DNA of 64,000 nucleotides, taken from the NCBI GenBank assembly GCA_947455195.1, contig CANGMI010000002.1:257549-321548 (forward strand), written 5' to 3'. Source of the DNA: Pseudomonadota bacterium (GTDB taxonomy: Bacteria > Pseudomonadota > Gammaproteobacteria > Burkholderiales > SG8-39). Below the pieces are notes generated by a model. It was not told the origin of the DNA, ran no database searches, and worked only from the letters and a program-made list of their open reading frames with translations. This document shows positions 10,249-22,961 of the stretch, piece by piece; position 1 is the first letter of the stretch, and the number at the start of each line of letters is the position of its first letter. The position numbers were made by a program, and so were the translations under genes.

Positions 10249-11487
10249 ATGACCGCGACGGCTGCACGACGCGTGTCGCGCCAGGTTTCGATTGGCCCGG
10301 TCAAGGTGGGCGGCAACGCCCCGGTGATGGTGCAGTCGATGACCAACACCGATACCGCCGATGTCGCCGGGACGGCGCAACAGGTATTCGATCTGGCCAA
10401 GGCAGGGTCGGAGGTGGTTCGCGTCACGGTCAATACCGTCGAGGCGGCGGCGGCGGTCCCTCATATTCGCGATCTGCTCGATCGGCGCGGCTGCAACGTG
10501 CCGCTGGTCGGTGACTTTCACTTCAACGGACACCGGTTGCTGGCGGAGCATCCAGCCTGCGCCGAGGCGCTGGCCAAGTATCGGATCAACCCGGGCAATG
10601 TCGGGCGTGGTGCGCGGCGCGACGAGCAGTTTGCGACGATGATCGAGACGGCCTGCCGCTATCGCAAGCCGGTCCGCATCGGGGTCAACTGGGGAAGTCT
10701 CGATCAGGAACTGCTCGCACGCCTCATGGACGACAACGCGCGTCTGGCGCAACCGCTGGCGCCCGACGCGGTGATGCGCGAAGCCCTCGTCGTATCGGCC
10801 CTCGAGAGCGCAGCCAAGGCTGAAGATCTGGGGCTGCCCGGGGACGCCATCGTGCTCTCCTGCAAGGTCAGTGGCGTGCAGGACCTCATTGCGGTCTACC
10901 GCGACATCGCCCGCCGGTGCGACTATCCGCTTCATCTCGGCCTCACCGAAGCCGGCATGGGCTCCAAGGGCATCGTTGCCTCCAGCGCCGCGATGGGTGT
11001 GCTCCTGCAGGAAGGCATCGGCGACACGATCCGGGTGTCGCTCACGCCGGAACCCAATGGCGATCGTACCCGTGAGGTGGTCGTTGCGCAGGAGTTGCTG
11101 CAGACCATGGGGCTGCGCTCGTTTGCCCCGCTGGTCATTTCCTGCCCGGGTTGCGGTCGTACCACCAGCACCTACTTTCAGGAGCTTGCCGCCCGCATCC
11201 AGAGCTATCTGCGCGAGCAGATGCCCCTGTGGCGCGGCCGCTACCCGGGCGTCGAGGACATGCATGTGGCCGTGATGGGTTGCGTCGTGAACGGGCCGGG
11301 CGAGAGCCGCCAGGCCCATATCGGCATCAGTCTGCCCGGCTCGGGCGAGCGCCCGGTGGCCCCGGTCTACGTGAATGGAACGCACGCGGTCACGCTCAAG
11401 GGTGACCGGATCGCCGAGGAGTTCCAGGCGGTCGTCGAGCGTTATGTCGAGGACAATTTCGGCCGCCAGGCGGCCACCGCAGAGTGA
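10249..11487 (+). CDS. ispG: 4-hydroxy-3-methylbut-2-en-1-yl diphosphate synthase
   Basis: 412 aa, full-length IspG-like sequence ([29 protein letters not shown]). Confidence 0.95.
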   Translation: MTATAARRVSRQVSIGPVKVGGNAPVMVQSMTNTDTADVAGTAQQVFDLAKAGSEVVRVTVNTVEAAAAVPHIRDLLDRRGCNVPLVGDFHFNGHRLLAEHPACAEALAKYRINPGNVGRGARRDEQFATMIETACRYRKPVRIGVNWGSLDQELLARLMDDNARLAQPLAPDAVMREALVVSALESAAKAEDLGLPGDAIVLSCKVSGVQDLIAVYRDIARRCDYPLHLGLTEAGMGSKGIVASSAAMGVLLQEGIGDTIRVSLTPEPNGDRTREVVVAQELLQTMGLRSFAPLVISCPGCGRTTSTYFQELAARIQSYLREQMPLWRGRYPGVEDMHVAVMGCVVNGPGESRQAHIGISLPGSGERPVAPVYVNGTHAVTLKGDRIAEEFQAVVERYVEDNFGRQAATAE

Positions 11488-11494
11488 GCAGGGC

Positions 11495-12841
11495 GTGACA
11501 GATTCGGCAACAGGCAGGGACGAGGGCATCAGCGAAGGCAGGATCGAAACGCTGCGCGCCGTGCGCGGCATGAACGATATCTTTCCCGATGAGGCCGAGG
11601 TATGGCTTTCATTCGAGGCCATCGTGCGCGACTGGCTCGCGCGCTACGGTTATCGCAACATGCGCACGCCGCTCCTCGAGCATACCGCGCTCTTCCGGCG
11701 GTCGATCGGTGCGGTGACCGACATCGTCGAGAAGGAGATGTACAGCTTCACCGATGCGCTCAACGATGAACATCTGAGCCTGCGCCCGGAGGCGACGGCC
11801 TCGACCGTGCGTGCTGCGGTCGAGCACAGTTTTCTCTATGGGGGTCCGCAGCGGGTCTGGTACACCGGGCCGATGTTCCGGCATGAAAAGCCGCAACGCG
11901 GCCGGTATCGGCAGTTTCACCAGGTGGGCGCCGAGGCGCTCGGATTTGCCGGCCCCGATGTCGACGCCGAACTGCTGGTGATGTGTGCGCGGCTCTGGTC
12001 AGAACTGGGGCTCACCGACATCCGGCTGCAGCTGAATTCGCTCGGTAATCTGGCCGAGCGACGCGCCCATCGCGCCGCCCTGGTGCGCTTTCTCACCGAT
12101 CATGTCGCCGATCTCGATGCCGATTCCCGGCGCAGGCTCGAGACCAATCCGCTGCGCGTGCTCGACAGCAAGAACCCGGCGATGCAATCGATGATCGAGG
12201 CGGCACCGCGCCTGCTCGATTTTCTGGGCGATGAATCGCTGCGGCACTTCGATGCCGTGCGTGCGATGATCACCGAAGCGGGCGTTGCCTATGACGTCAA
12301 CCCGCGACTGGTGCGCGGGCTCGATTACTACAATCTCACTGTCTTTGAATGGGTCACCGATCGCCTCGGGGCGCAAGGTACGGTGTGCGGTGGCGGGCGG
12401 TACGATGGTCTTTTCGAGCACATCGGCGGCAAGCCGACGCCTGCGGCCGGGTTTGCGATGGGTGTCGAGCGGCTGATCGATCTCATGCGGGGTGCCGACC
12501 GGCTGCCGGCGGTACGCCTGCCCGATGTCTACCTGGTGCACATGGGCGAGCGCGCTGACCGGTTTGCGATCCGCGTGGGCGAGGCCTTGCGCGATGCCCG
12601 ACTGGCGGTACTGACTCATGCTGGCGGTGGACGGTTTCGCGACCAGATGAAGAGGGCCGATGCCAGCGGCGCACGGGTCGCAGTGATCGTCGGTGATGAT
12701 GAAGCCGATGCCGGGCAGGTTTCGGTGAAGGACCTGCGCTCGGGTGAACCGCAGACCGCGGTGGCGCTGGTCGATGCGCCAGGCTTCATTCGCAGGCTGA
12801 CTGCGCAGGCGCAGTCAACGCCCCAGACCGGCACGACGTGA
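11495..12841 (+). CDS. hisS: histidine--tRNA ligase
   Basis: Conserved N-terminus ...[15 protein letters not shown] 11495 is the first start after the ispG stop. The track's start at 11375 would overlap ispG. Confidence 0.94.
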   Translation: MTDSATGRDEGISEGRIETLRAVRGMNDIFPDEAEVWLSFEAIVRDWLARYGYRNMRTPLLEHTALFRRSIGAVTDIVEKEMYSFTDALNDEHLSLRPEATASTVRAAVEHSFLYGGPQRVWYTGPMFRHEKPQRGRYRQFHQVGAEALGFAGPDVDAELLVMCARLWSELGLTDIRLQLNSLGNLAERRAHRAALVRFLTDHVADLDADSRRRLETNPLRVLDSKNPAMQSMIEAAPRLLDFLGDESLRHFDAVRAMITEAGVAYDVNPRLVRGLDYYNLTVFEWVTDRLGAQGTVCGGGRYDGLFEHIGGKPTPAAGFAMGVERLIDLMRGADRLPAVRLPDVYLVHMGERADRFAIRVGEALRDARLAVLTHAGGGRFRDQMKRADASGARVAVIVGDDEADAGQVSVKDLRSGEPQTAVALVDAPGFIRRLTAQAQSTPQTGTT

Positions 12842-12927
12842 TGTCGAGCCGGGTTTTTTGCAGATCGCGTCCTCGCAGGCCGGTCTGCTCATTCGATTGC
12901 AACCGTTGAGATCCCGGGACAGAAGCC

Positions 12928-13569
12928 ATGGCCATTGCGTTCGATCACGAAGAGCAGGAACAACTTGCCGAACTGAAGGCGTGGTGGGCGCGCTGGGGCA
13001 ACCTGATTTTCGGGCTGGTTCTGGTGGTGCTGGTGGCTTCGGCTGGCTGGTACGGCTGGCGCTTCTACCAGGCGCGTCAGGCGGCCGAGGCGTCGGTTCG
13101 CTACGATGAACTGCAGCGTGCGGTTGCGGAGCGGGATGTTCGCCGCGCGGGCGAGGCGGCCGGCGAACTGCTCGAGCACTATCGCCGTACCGAGTACGCC
13201 ACACTGGGCGCGCTCCTCGCGGCGCGGGCCTACCACGACGCGGGTGACATCAAGAACGCCCGCGCCAAGCTTGACTGGGTGATCGAGGCGGGTTCGACCG
13301 CCGAATCGCGCGGTATCGCCCGGCTGCGCATGGCCAACATTCTCATCGACGAGAAGGACTTCGACGGTGCAGCCCGTACGCTCGGGACAGGCATGCCCGA
13401 GACACTGGCGGCGCTGGCTGCCGAACGACTCGGCGACATGCGTCTCCTGCAGGGCAAGCTGGACGAAGCACGCAGCGCCTGGCGCGATGCCTTGAGCAAG
13501 GCGAAGTCACCCGGGTCGGGCATCACCGAACGGTTGCAGGGCAAGCTCGACAGTCTCGGGGCCCAGTGA
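12928..13569 (+). CDS. YfgM-family membrane-anchored TPR-like protein
   Basis: 213 aa with N-terminal EEQEQLAELKAWW and a single TM segment. It sits between hisS and bamB, as in other proteobacteria. Confidence 0.75.
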   Translation: MAIAFDHEEQEQLAELKAWWARWGNLIFGLVLVVLVASAGWYGWRFYQARQAAEASVRYDELQRAVAERDVRRAGEAAGELLEHYRRTEYATLGALLAARAYHDAGDIKNARAKLDWVIEAGSTAESRGIARLRMANILIDEKDFDGAARTLGTGMPETLAALAAERLGDMRLLQGKLDEARSAWRDALSKAKSPGSGITERLQGKLDSLGAQ

Positions 13570-14711
13570 TGGTTCGCGCGGTGTCCGCACGTCTGTGGTG
13601 GGTGAGCGCAGGGTTTGCGCTGCTTGCTGCGCTGGCCGCGTGTTCTTCCTCGATCGTGATTCCCGATCTGCCACCGATTGGCAAGGCCGCGTCGCGTTCG
13701 GCAATCTGGCAGGTGAGGCTCGGCGGGGGGCGGCTTGCCACCTTTCTTGAACCCGCGCTGCAGGGTGGTGCGCTTTATGCGGCGTCGGGTGGCGGTGTGC
13801 TGGTACGCATCGATGCAGCGACCGGGCGCGAGGTTTGGCGTCGCGATCTGGGCGTCCCGATTTCGGGGGGCGTTGGCGTTGGTGCGGGACTCGTGGTGGT
13901 GGGCACGAGCACGGGCCTCGTGATTGCCCTGGGTGAAGATGGCAGCGAGCGCTGGCGCGCCGTGGTGAGCAGCGAGGTGCGCGGCGCGCCTCTGGTGCAT
14001 GACGACCTGGTGGCGGTTCGTACCGTCGATGCCCGCATCGCCGGACTCGACGGGCGAACGGGCGAGCGACGCTGGGTGTTCCAGCGTGCAGCCCTGCCGC
14101 TGATCGTGCGCGGTTACAGCGCGCTCGGCATGTCGGGGCCTACCCTCTTTGCGGGGCTGGCTGGCGGACGAGTGGTTGCGCTGGCCGCCCTCAATGGCAA
14201 TGCGCGCTGGGAGTCGTCTGTCGCGACACCGCGCGGCACCAACGAAATCGAGCGCATGAGCGATGTCATCGGCAGGCCCTGGGTCGGACGCGGTGACGTC
14301 TGTGCGGTCACCTACCAGGGGCGTGCCGGGTGCTTCAGTGCCGAAACGGGCAATGCCCTCTGGGCGCGTGACATCTCGAGTGCGTCGGGGCTCGGTGGCG
14401 ATGCGCGCTTTCTGTTCCTGACCGATGATCGCAGTCGCGTACTCGCCCTGGACCGGGGCGATGGGTCTGTTGCATGGCGCCAGGACGCCTTTGCCGGGCG
14501 CCAGATGAGCGCCCCCACTGCGCTCGGGCAGGAAATTGCCGTCGGCGATGTGCGTGGTTACCTGCACTTTCTGTCGCGTGACGAAGGGCAGGTCGTTGCC
14601 CGGGCCGAGACTGACGGTGATCCGATCGACGTGCCTCCGGTCAATATGCCGGGAGGCGTCGTCGTCCAGACTCGTGGCGGCCTGATCGCCGCTTTTGCCA
14701 CCGCCCGCTAG
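13566..14711 (+). CDS. bamB: outer membrane protein assembly factor BamB
   Basis: Lipobox [10 protein letters not shown] and PQQ-like beta-propeller repeats. The start is either GTG 13566 or ATG 13569, and both overlap the upstream TGA. Confidence 0.9.
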   Translation: MMVRAVSARLWWVSAGFALLAALAACSSSIVIPDLPPIGKAASRSAIWQVRLGGGRLATFLEPALQGGALYAASGGGVLVRIDAATGREVWRRDLGVPISGGVGVGAGLVVVGTSTGLVIALGEDGSERWRAVVSSEVRGAPLVHDDLVAVRTVDARIAGLDGRTGERRWVFQRAALPLIVRGYSALGMSGPTLFAGLAGGRVVALAALNGNARWESSVATPRGTNEIERMSDVIGRPWVGRGDVCAVTYQGRAGCFSAETGNALWARDISSASGLGGDARFLFLTDDRSRVLALDRGDGSVAWRQDAFAGRQMSAPTALGQEIAVGDVRGYLHFLSRDEGQVVARAETDGDPIDVPPVNMPGGVVVQTRGGLIAAFATAR

Positions 14712-14728
14712 AGGCCATCCCACACCCA

Positions 14729-16063
14729 ATGAAACCCACGCTGGTGATTGTCGGCCGCCCCAATGTCGGCAAGTCCACCCTGTTCAACCGGCTGACCCGC
14801 AGCCGTGATGCCCTCGTGGCCGATCTGCCCGGGCTTACCCGTGATCGGCATTACGGCGAGGGGCGCATGGGTGATCGTCCCTATCTGGTGGTGGATACCG
14901 GCGGCCTCGAGCCGGTAGCCAGGGAGGGCATCCTGCACGAGATGGCTCGTCAGACCCAGTTGGCGATCAGCGAGGCGGACGCGGTTGTCTTCCTGGTCGA
15001 CGGGCGGGCCGGTCTCACGTCGCAGGACAAGCGCATTGGCGAAGCCCTGCGCCGGGTGCGGGTGCCGGTCATCGTCGGGGTCAACAAGGCCGAGGGCATG
15101 AACGACGCCGTCGTCACGGCCGAGTTTCACGAACTGGGGCTTGGTACGCCGCACGCCCTGTCTTCGGCGCATGGCGATGGCGTGCGTCCGCTCATCGACG
15201 AACTTCTCTCTGCCTTCGAGCCCGAAGATCGCGAGACCGAGATCGCCCCGGGGCCGCGCATTGCCGTGGTAGGGCGTCCCAATGTGGGCAAGTCCACGCT
15301 GGTGAACAGTCTCCTCGGCGAGGAGCGCATGATTGCCTTCGATCAGCCGGGTACCACCCGTGATTCGATCGATGTCGAGTTCGAGCGTGCCGGCAAGCGC
15401 TACACGCTGATCGATACGGCCGGTGTACGGCGCAAGGGGCGCGTCTTCGAAGCGATCGAGAAGTTCTCGGTCGTGAAGACCTTGCAGGCGGTCGACCGGG
15501 CCAACCTCGTGGTTCTGGTGCTCGATGCAACCGAGCGGGTGGCCGATCAGGATGCACACCTGGCCGGATTCATCCTGGAGCGCGGGCGAGCTCTGGTTGT
15601 CGCGGTCAACAAGTGGGACAAGGTCGACGAATACGGGCGCAGCGAGGTTCGACGCCAGCTGGCCCACCGACTCAATTTTCTCGACTTCGCGCGCATGCAC
15701 TTCATCTCGGCCCTCGAAGGTCGTGGTCTGGGTGCGGTCATGTCCTCGGTTGACGAGGCGTATAACGCGGCCATGGCGCGGTTGAGCACGCCTCGACTGA
15801 GCCGTGTGCTCCAGGCGGCGGTCGAGAAACAGCAACCGCCGCGTGCCGGGCAGGTGCGCCCCAAACTGCGCTACGCTCATCAGGGCGGCATGAATCCGCC
15901 CATCATCGTGATCCATGGCAACGCCCTCGACCGGGTGCCCGAGAGTTACAAGCGCTATCTCGAGTCGACGTTTCGCACCGCGTTCGGCCTTGCCGGCACG
16001 CCACTGCGGGTCGAATTCCGTACTGGCAGCAATCCGTTCGCCAATGCCGATGCGCCTCGTTGA
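14729..16063 (+). CDS. der: ribosome biogenesis GTPase Der (EngA)
   Basis: Two G domains ([12 protein letters not shown] and [12 protein letters not shown]) plus a KH-like C-terminus. Confidence 0.97.
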   Translation: MKPTLVIVGRPNVGKSTLFNRLTRSRDALVADLPGLTRDRHYGEGRMGDRPYLVVDTGGLEPVAREGILHEMARQTQLAISEADAVVFLVDGRAGLTSQDKRIGEALRRVRVPVIVGVNKAEGMNDAVVTAEFHELGLGTPHALSSAHGDGVRPLIDELLSAFEPEDRETEIAPGPRIAVVGRPNVGKSTLVNSLLGEERMIAFDQPGTTRDSIDVEFERAGKRYTLIDTAGVRRKGRVFEAIEKFSVVKTLQAVDRANLVVLVLDATERVADQDAHLAGFILERGRALVVAVNKWDKVDEYGRSEVRRQLAHRLNFLDFARMHFISALEGRGLGAVMSSVDEAYNAAMARLSTPRLSRVLQAAVEKQQPPRAGQVRPKLRYAHQGGMNPPIIVIHGNALDRVPESYKRYLESTFRTAFGLAGTPLRVEFRTGSNPFANADAPR

Positions 16064-16111
16064 CATTGCGCTCGGACATGGATGATGCCGGAGTCAGATC
16101 AACGATCCTCG

Positions 16112-16141
16112 TTGACCACGGCAGAGGGCGGGCGGTATGGT
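16112..16141 (+). promoter_or_regulatory. candidate sigma70 promoter upstream of hfq
   Basis: TTGACC at 16112-16117, an 18-nt spacer, then TATGGT at 16136-16141. It lies about 40 nt upstream of the hfq ATG. This is a pattern match only. Confidence 0.3.
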
Positions 16142-16181
16142 CTAATAGACTTGCAACTGAGAAACACCTGATGGAGTCACG

Positions 16182-16427
16182 ATGAGTAACAAGGGCCAAC
16201 TTCTACAAGACCCGTTCCTGAACACGCTGCGCAAGGAACACATTCCGGTGTCCATCTATCTGGTGAACGGCATCAAGCTCCAGGGGCAGATCGAATCGTT
16301 CGACCAGTATGTGGTCCTGCTCAAGAACACGGTGACCCAGATGGTCTACAAGCACGCGATCTCTACCGTCGTGCCTGCCCGGGCCGTGACCTTGCAGCCC
16401 GATGGCGGCGAAGCGCCTGCGGCTTGA
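16182..16427 (+). CDS. hfq: RNA chaperone Hfq
   Basis: [65 protein letters not shown]. Confidence 0.98.
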   Translation: MSNKGQLLQDPFLNTLRKEHIPVSIYLVNGIKLQGQIESFDQYVVLLKNTVTQMVYKHAISTVVPARAVTLQPDGGEAPAA

Positions 16428-16454
16428 GCATGCGAACCATGGCCCCCGCCGCGC

Positions 16455-17603
16455 GTGTTTGATCGCCCCCAGGGTGGTGATGCCGCCGTACTGGTCAGCC
16501 TTGATCTGGGTCAAGGCGGGTACGAGGAAAGCCTCGAGGAAATGAATCTGCTGGCCGCGAGTGCCCGAGTGGCGGTGCTGGCCACGGTGGGCGGTCGTCG
16601 CCAGAAGCCCGATCCGGCGCTCTTTGCCGGGCGGGGCAAGGTTGACGAGATTCGCCAGGCCGTCGAAGAGACCGGTAGCAACCTCGTGCTGTTCAATCAC
16701 GCAATCTCGCCCGTTCAGGAGCGCAATCTCGAGCGCGAACTGGGCTGCCGGGTCGTCGATCGCACCAGTCTCATCCTTGATATCTTCGCCTTGCGGGCGA
16801 AGAGTCATGAGGGCAAGGTTCAGGTCGAACTGGCGCAGTTGCAGCACCTGGCCACTCGACTCACCCGGGGCTGGACTCACCTCGAGCGTCAGCGGGGGGG
16901 GGTCGGCATGCGCGGTCCGGGCGAAACGCAACTCGAAACCGACCGGCGTCTTCTGGGCGAACGGGTGAAGTTGCTGAAGTCGCGTCTCGACAAGCTCCAC
17001 CGCCAGCGTCTGGTGCAGCGGCGTGCCCGGGTGCGCAGCGAAGCGCTCTCGGTATCCCTCGTGGGCTACACCAACGCCGGCAAGTCGACGCTCTTCAACG
17101 CGCTTACTCATGCGGGTACCTACGCGGCCGATCAGTTGTTTGCCACACTCGACACCACGACCCGGCGCCTCTACTTGCCCGACGCTGGCAACATCACGCT
17201 GTCGGATACGGTCGGATTCATCCGCGAGTTGCCGCATTCTCTGGTTGCCGCTTTCCGCGCCACCCTCGAGGAAACGATCCACGCCGACCTTCTGTTGCAT
17301 GTCGTCGATGCTGCGGCGCCGCTCCGCGACCAGCAGATGGCGCAGGTCAACGCAGTACTGGCCGAGATCGGTGCGGCTGCCGTGCCCCAGATCATTGTCT
17401 ACAACAAGGTCGACCTCACGGGCTCCGGGCCCGGGGTCGATCGGGACGAGTATGGTACGATTTCACGAGTGCGACTTTCCGCACGGACGGGAGCCGGTCT
17501 CCAGGGCCTGCGCGAGGCGCTTGTTGAGATCGCAGCAAAACCCCCCGTCTTCCCTGACCCCACGCTGGACGACCCTCGCCGGAACGCCTATGTCTCTCAA
17601 TGA
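16455..17603 (+). CDS. hflX: GTPase HflX
   Basis: 382 aa with G1 motif GYTNAGKSTLFN. It sits in the hfq-hflX-hflK-hflC synteny. Confidence 0.95.
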   Translation: MFDRPQGGDAAVLVSLDLGQGGYEESLEEMNLLAASARVAVLATVGGRRQKPDPALFAGRGKVDEIRQAVEETGSNLVLFNHAISPVQERNLERELGCRVVDRTSLILDIFALRAKSHEGKVQVELAQLQHLATRLTRGWTHLERQRGGVGMRGPGETQLETDRRLLGERVKLLKSRLDKLHRQRLVQRRARVRSEALSVSLVGYTNAGKSTLFNALTHAGTYAADQLFATLDTTTRRLYLPDAGNITLSDTVGFIRELPHSLVAAFRATLEETIHADLLLHVVDAAAPLRDQQMAQVNAVLAEIGAAAVPQIIVYNKVDLTGSGPGVDRDEYGTISRVRLSARTGAGLQGLREALVEIAAKPPVFPDPTLDDPRRNAYVSQ

Positions 17604-18906
17604 CCCGCAATGGGGCCGTCGAAACGGCGACGATGATCGAACCGATGCCAACGGGCCTGGACGCGGCAATGGCCAGGGCCCCGGTGGACGCAAGCCCGGC
17701 CCCCCCGATCTGGACGAACTGTGGCGGGATTTCAACGACCGCCTCGCGGCGCTTTTTGGTCGACGCGCGGGCGGCAGCGGTCAGGGCGGTGGTTTCCGTC
17801 CGCCGACCGGCAACCTGCGTCAACTCGGCGGCGGGGCGGCCATCATCATCGGCTTTCTGATCGCGATCTGGTTGTCGAGTGGATTCTTCATCGTCGATGC
17901 CCGGCAGCGCGCCGTCGTTCTCACCTTTGGCAAGTACACGCGGACGGCTTCCGAAGGCCTGAACTGGCGCTGGCCCTGGCCCGCCCAGGCCCATGAACTG
18001 ATCGACGTGCAGTCGGTGCGCAAGGTCGTTGTCGGCTACAGCGAGGCGGTGGGGGCGCGTCAGGGCGTGTCGCGCGAATCCCTGATGCTGACCAAGAACC
18101 TCAATATCGTCGATGTCCAGTTCGAGGTGCAGTATGTGGCGGTCGAACCACAACTCTTCGTATTCACCGATCGGGTGCCCTCCGAAACGGTGAAGCAGGT
18201 GGCCGAAACCGCGATCCGTGAAGTGGTCGGCAACAACGAGGTCGACTTCGTGCTCTACGGTGATCGCACCGCCATCCAGGACAACACCCGTCGCCTGATG
18301 CAGGACATTCTCAATCGCTACAAGGTCGGCGTCGAGGTGCGGTCCGTGAATATCCAGGGGGTCAATCCCCCCGAGCCGGTGCGGGCCGCGTTCGATGACG
18401 TTGTCAAGGCTCGGCAGGACTCGGCCCGCTTCGTCAACGAGGGCGAAGCCTACGCCAACGGGGTCATACCGGGCGCCCGCGGAACGGCGTCACGCCTCCT
18501 GCAGGAAGCCAACGGGTACCGTGAAAGCATCGTGGCGAATGCCCAGGGTGAAGCATCCCGCTTCCGGCAGGTGCTGGCCGAGTATCAGAAGGCGCCCGGG
18601 GTCACACGCGAGCGCATGTACATCAGTGCCATGCAGGACGTCCTCTCCTCGACGACCAAGGTGATCGTCGATGCGAAGGGGCAGGGCAACCTCCTGTTCC
18701 TGCCGCTTGACCGTCTGATGCAGCAGGCCGGTGCGGCGGCGGCCGTTGCGGCGGGAGCGGGCGAGGGGGTACCTGCGCCCGGTGGATCCCCACGCCCCCA
18801 GGCCAACGATACGGCCGTTCCGGGGCAGCCGACGCTCGACAGCGGTGCGCAACGCAGTCGTGACCCGCGAGACATGTCGCGCAGCCGAGATCGGGAGGCG
18901 CGATGA
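17590..18906 (+). CDS. hflK: FtsH protease modulator HflK
   Basis: ATG 17590 gives MSLNDPQWG... followed by a Gly-rich N-terminus, a TM segment and an SPFH domain. The track's start at 17023 is an in-frame extension across hflX. Confidence 0.93.
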   Translation: MSLNDPQWGRRNGDDDRTDANGPGRGNGQGPGGRKPGPPDLDELWRDFNDRLAALFGRRAGGSGQGGGFRPPTGNLRQLGGGAAIIIGFLIAIWLSSGFFIVDARQRAVVLTFGKYTRTASEGLNWRWPWPAQAHELIDVQSVRKVVVGYSEAVGARQGVSRESLMLTKNLNIVDVQFEVQYVAVEPQLFVFTDRVPSETVKQVAETAIREVVGNNEVDFVLYGDRTAIQDNTRRLMQDILNRYKVGVEVRSVNIQGVNPPEPVRAAFDDVVKARQDSARFVNEGEAYANGVIPGARGTASRLLQEANGYRESIVANAQGEASRFRQVLAEYQKAPGVTRERMYISAMQDVLSSTTKVIVDAKGQGNLLFLPLDRLMQQAGAAAAVAAGAGEGVPAPGGSPRPQANDTAVPGQPTLDSGAQRSRDPRDMSRSRDREAR

Positions 18907-19784
18907 AACCGTCCGCCAGTGTGGCCATTCTTGTCGTCGTGCTCCTCGGGGTGATCCTGGGAGCTTCGGTTTACACCGTCGATCAGCGGCAGCGCGCCAT
19001 CGTGTTCCAGTTCGGCGAGGTGAAGGACGTCGTCGAAGAGCCCGGGTTGCACCTGAAGGTGCCGCTCATCCAGAACGTGCGGTTCTTCGATACCCGTATC
19101 CTCACGCTCGACACCCGCGATGCCGAGCGTGTCACCACCGAGGGCAATGTCCCGGTCCTGGTCGACTCCTATGTGAAGTGGCGCATCCGCGATGCGCGGC
19201 AGTTCTATCTCAGCGTCGATCGCGAGTCGATCGCGCAGGATCGCCTCAACGCCATCGTCCGCTCGGAACTGAGCGCCGAGTTCGGCAAGCGCAAGCTCGA
19301 GGCCGTGATCTCCACCGAGCGCGACGAGATCATGGAAAGGCTGCGTGACCGCGTCAACAAGGGCGTCGCACAGCTCGGTATCGATGTGATCGACGTGCGC
19401 GTGAAGCGCATCGAGTTGCCGCAGGATGTCAGCGAACGAACCTTCGCTCGCATGGTGTCCGAGCGTCAGCGTGCGGCCAACGAGATGCGCTCCGGCGGTG
19501 CCGCCGAAGGCGAGAAGATTCGTGCCGATGCCGACCGTCAGCGCTCGGTGATCGTGGCCGAGGCATACAGCGAAGCGCAGCGCATCAAGGGTGAGGGCGA
19601 CGCGAAGGCGGCAGCCATCTACAACAAGGCGTTCAGTGCCGATCCCGAGTTCTATGCCTTCTATCGCAGCATGGATGCCTATCGGTCCACGTTGCAGAAG
19701 AAGAGCGATGTGCTGGTGCTCGACCCGGGCATGGACTTCCTTCGCTACCTGCGCGGACCTGGCCCCGGGCGGAGCATCAAGTAG
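18903..19784 (+). CDS. hflC: FtsH protease modulator HflC
   Basis: 293 aa SPFH/band-7 protein. Its start overlaps the hflK stop (ATGA). Confidence 0.95.
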   Translation: MKPSASVAILVVVLLGVILGASVYTVDQRQRAIVFQFGEVKDVVEEPGLHLKVPLIQNVRFFDTRILTLDTRDAERVTTEGNVPVLVDSYVKWRIRDARQFYLSVDRESIAQDRLNAIVRSELSAEFGKRKLEAVISTERDEIMERLRDRVNKGVAQLGIDVIDVRVKRIELPQDVSERTFARMVSERQRAANEMRSGGAAEGEKIRADADRQRSVIVAEAYSEAQRIKGEGDAKAAAIYNKAFSADPEFYAFYRSMDAYRSTLQKKSDVLVLDPGMDFLRYLRGPGPGRSIK

Positions 19785-19969
19785 TGATGACGGTTTTCGT
19801 GATGGCCATCGGGCTGATGCTGGTGCTCGAAGGGGCTTTGCCGTTCATCTCGCCGGCCGGTTGGCGGCGGGTCTTCGCGCAGGTACTGGCGCTGAGCGAC
19901 GGGCAACTGCGGTTCTTCGGTCTCTCGTCTATGATCGCCGGCCTTGTCATCGTCTTCATTTCCGGCTGA
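19784..19969 (+). CDS. DUF2065-family small membrane protein
   Basis: 61 aa with two hydrophobic segments. It occupies the conserved position directly after hflC. The start is GTG 19784 or ATG 19787. Confidence 0.7.
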   Translation: MMTVFVMAIGLMLVLEGALPFISPAGWRRVFAQVLALSDGQLRFFGLSSMIAGLVIVFISG

Positions 19970-19987
19970 GAGACCGCGCTGATCACC

Positions 19988-21133
19988 ATGCGAAAGTGGC
20001 TCCTTCCCGAGCATGTCGAGGACATACTGCCTCCCGAGGCATCGCGCATCGAATCCCTGCGACATCGGGTGCTGGCGGTCTTTCGCAGCTTCGGCTACGA
20101 ATTGGTCATTCCACCGATGCTCGAATTCATCGACTCGCTCCTCACCGGGACCGGGCAGGATCTTGACCTGCGCACCTTCAAGCTCGTTGATCAGATTTCG
20201 GGGCGCACCATGGGCGTGCGTGCCGACATGACCCCGCAGGTGGCGCGGGTCGATGCGCACCTGCTCAACCGGCAGGGGGTGACCCGACTGTGCTACTGCG
20301 CCAGCGTCTTGCATACGCGGCCACGCGGCATGACCTCGACGCGCGAACCCTTGCAGATTGGTGCCGAGATCTATGGCCATGCCGGTGTCGAGAGCGATAT
20401 CGAGATCCAGCGCCTGCTGCGGGCGACGCTGGCGGTGGCGCAACTGCGTTCGCCCCGTCTCGATGTGGGACACGTCGGGGTCTTCCGGGCTCTCGTACGG
20501 CGCGCTGCGGTCGACGCCGAACTCGAGGCCGATCTGCTCGAGGTGCTGCGGCACAAGGATCGGCCCGGTCTTGCCGCGCTCGGGGCGCGGCTTGACGCCG
20601 AGACTGCCGGGGCGCTGGCCTGCCTGCTCGATCTCTACGGCGGGGCCGATGTGATCGAGGCGGCCGAGCGCCTGCTGCCTGATCTGCCCGACATCCGTGC
20701 TGCACTCGCTGTGCTCAGGCGCCTGTCCATCGACAGTGGTGAGGGGTTTGGTGTCGACCTGGCCGATCTGCGCGGGTATCACTATCACAGCGGCGTGGTC
20801 TTCGCCGCCTACGCTGAAGGGTTGCCCAGTGCGCTTGCACTCGGTGGTCGTTATGACGAGGTCGGCAGTGCATTCGGTCGAGCCCGGCCGGCGACCGGGT
20901 TTTCGATCGATCTGCGCGAACTGGCGATGGCATCGGCGGTCGCGACACCGCGTAGTGCCATTCTTGCGCCCTGGGCTGACGATACGGCGCTCGGGTCGAA
21001 GGTGGCAGAGCTTCGTCGCGCCGGCGAAGTGGTGATCGATGACCTGCCCGGTCATGCAGACACCGTGGATGAATTGGGGTGCGACAGACGTCTCGTCTTG
21101 CGCGCCGGTCAGTGGCAAGTCGAACCCATCTAG
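19988..21133 (+). CDS. hisZ: ATP phosphoribosyltransferase regulatory subunit
   Basis: 381 aa HisS paralogue with no anticodon-binding domain. It lies upstream of purA, as in other betaproteobacteria. Confidence 0.9.
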   Translation: MRKWLLPEHVEDILPPEASRIESLRHRVLAVFRSFGYELVIPPMLEFIDSLLTGTGQDLDLRTFKLVDQISGRTMGVRADMTPQVARVDAHLLNRQGVTRLCYCASVLHTRPRGMTSTREPLQIGAEIYGHAGVESDIEIQRLLRATLAVAQLRSPRLDVGHVGVFRALVRRAAVDAELEADLLEVLRHKDRPGLAALGARLDAETAGALACLLDLYGGADVIEAAERLLPDLPDIRAALAVLRRLSIDSGEGFGVDLADLRGYHYHSGVVFAAYAEGLPSALALGGRYDEVGSAFGRARPATGFSIDLRELAMASAVATPRSAILAPWADDTALGSKVAELRRAGEVVIDDLPGHADTVDELGCDRRLVLRAGQWQVEPI

Positions 21134-22432
<1,299 letters not shown>

Positions 22433-22447
22433 CCCGGCAGGACGACC

Positions 22448-22957
22448 ATGGCCGATCTTCATGTCAGCTGGGATGACTATCACGCGAGCATCGAGCGCCT
22501 TGCCGCTCTGGTTCATGACTCGGGCTGGTCGTTCAATCAGATCATCTGCATTGCACGCGGTGGATTGCGTGTCGGTGACATGCTTTCACGCATCTTTCGT
22601 CAGCCGCTCGCAATTCTCTCGACGCAGTCGTACACGGGCGAGGCCGGCACCGTCCGCGGTCAGATCACGGTTGCCGATCACATGACCATGACCACGCCAG
22701 GTCTGGGCGACCGTGTCCTGCTGGTCGATGATCTGGTCGACTCGGGCGTGACGCTGGGTGTCGTTCGCGACGCGCTCGCCCAGAGGTACCCGCACATCAT
22801 CGAGGTCAAGACTGCCGTGATCTGGCAGAAGGCCTGCTCGAGCTTCACGCCCGATTTCGCGGCGGTGTTTCTCCCCGATGATCCGTGGATTCACCAGCCC
22901 TTCGAGCCCTACGACGTGATGGATCCTGCCAACTTGCGTGGTCGACTGGCGGGTTGA
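22448..22957 (+). CDS. phosphoribosyltransferase family protein (purine PRT-like)
   Basis: 169 aa with PRPP-binding loop VLLVDDLVDSGVT. Confidence 0.8.
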   Translation: MADLHVSWDDYHASIERLAALVHDSGWSFNQIICIARGGLRVGDMLSRIFRQPLAILSTQSYTGEAGTVRGQITVADHMTMTTPGLGDRVLLVDDLVDSGVTLGVVRDALAQRYPHIIEVKTAVIWQKACSSFTPDFAAVFLPDDPWIHQPFEPYDVMDPANLRGRLAG

Positions 22958-22961
22958 TGGC

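Noticed and set aside
13230-16066. Two long minus-strand ORFs (499 aa and 452 aa)
   Set aside because: They are antisense to bamB and der, and the sequences are Arg-rich nonsense. The same reasoning applies to 6480-7547, 10228-11622, 22845-24311, 27964-29379, 30343-31878, 44715-45683, 46619-47782, 47533-48942 and 56964-58514.
17023-17589. N-terminal 189-codon extension of the hflK ORF
   Set aside because: It is an in-frame run without stops that overlaps hflX. HflK homology begins at ATG 17590. Analogous over-extended track ORFs were trimmed for hisS (11375), the pilW-like gene (8006), the 2-hydroxyacid dehydrogenase (26939), the beta-propeller gene (36025), the patatin gene (39018), bcp (43627), the formyltransferase (47228), arnC (47872), arnB (48864), mutS (59480) and the VanA-like gene (59353).
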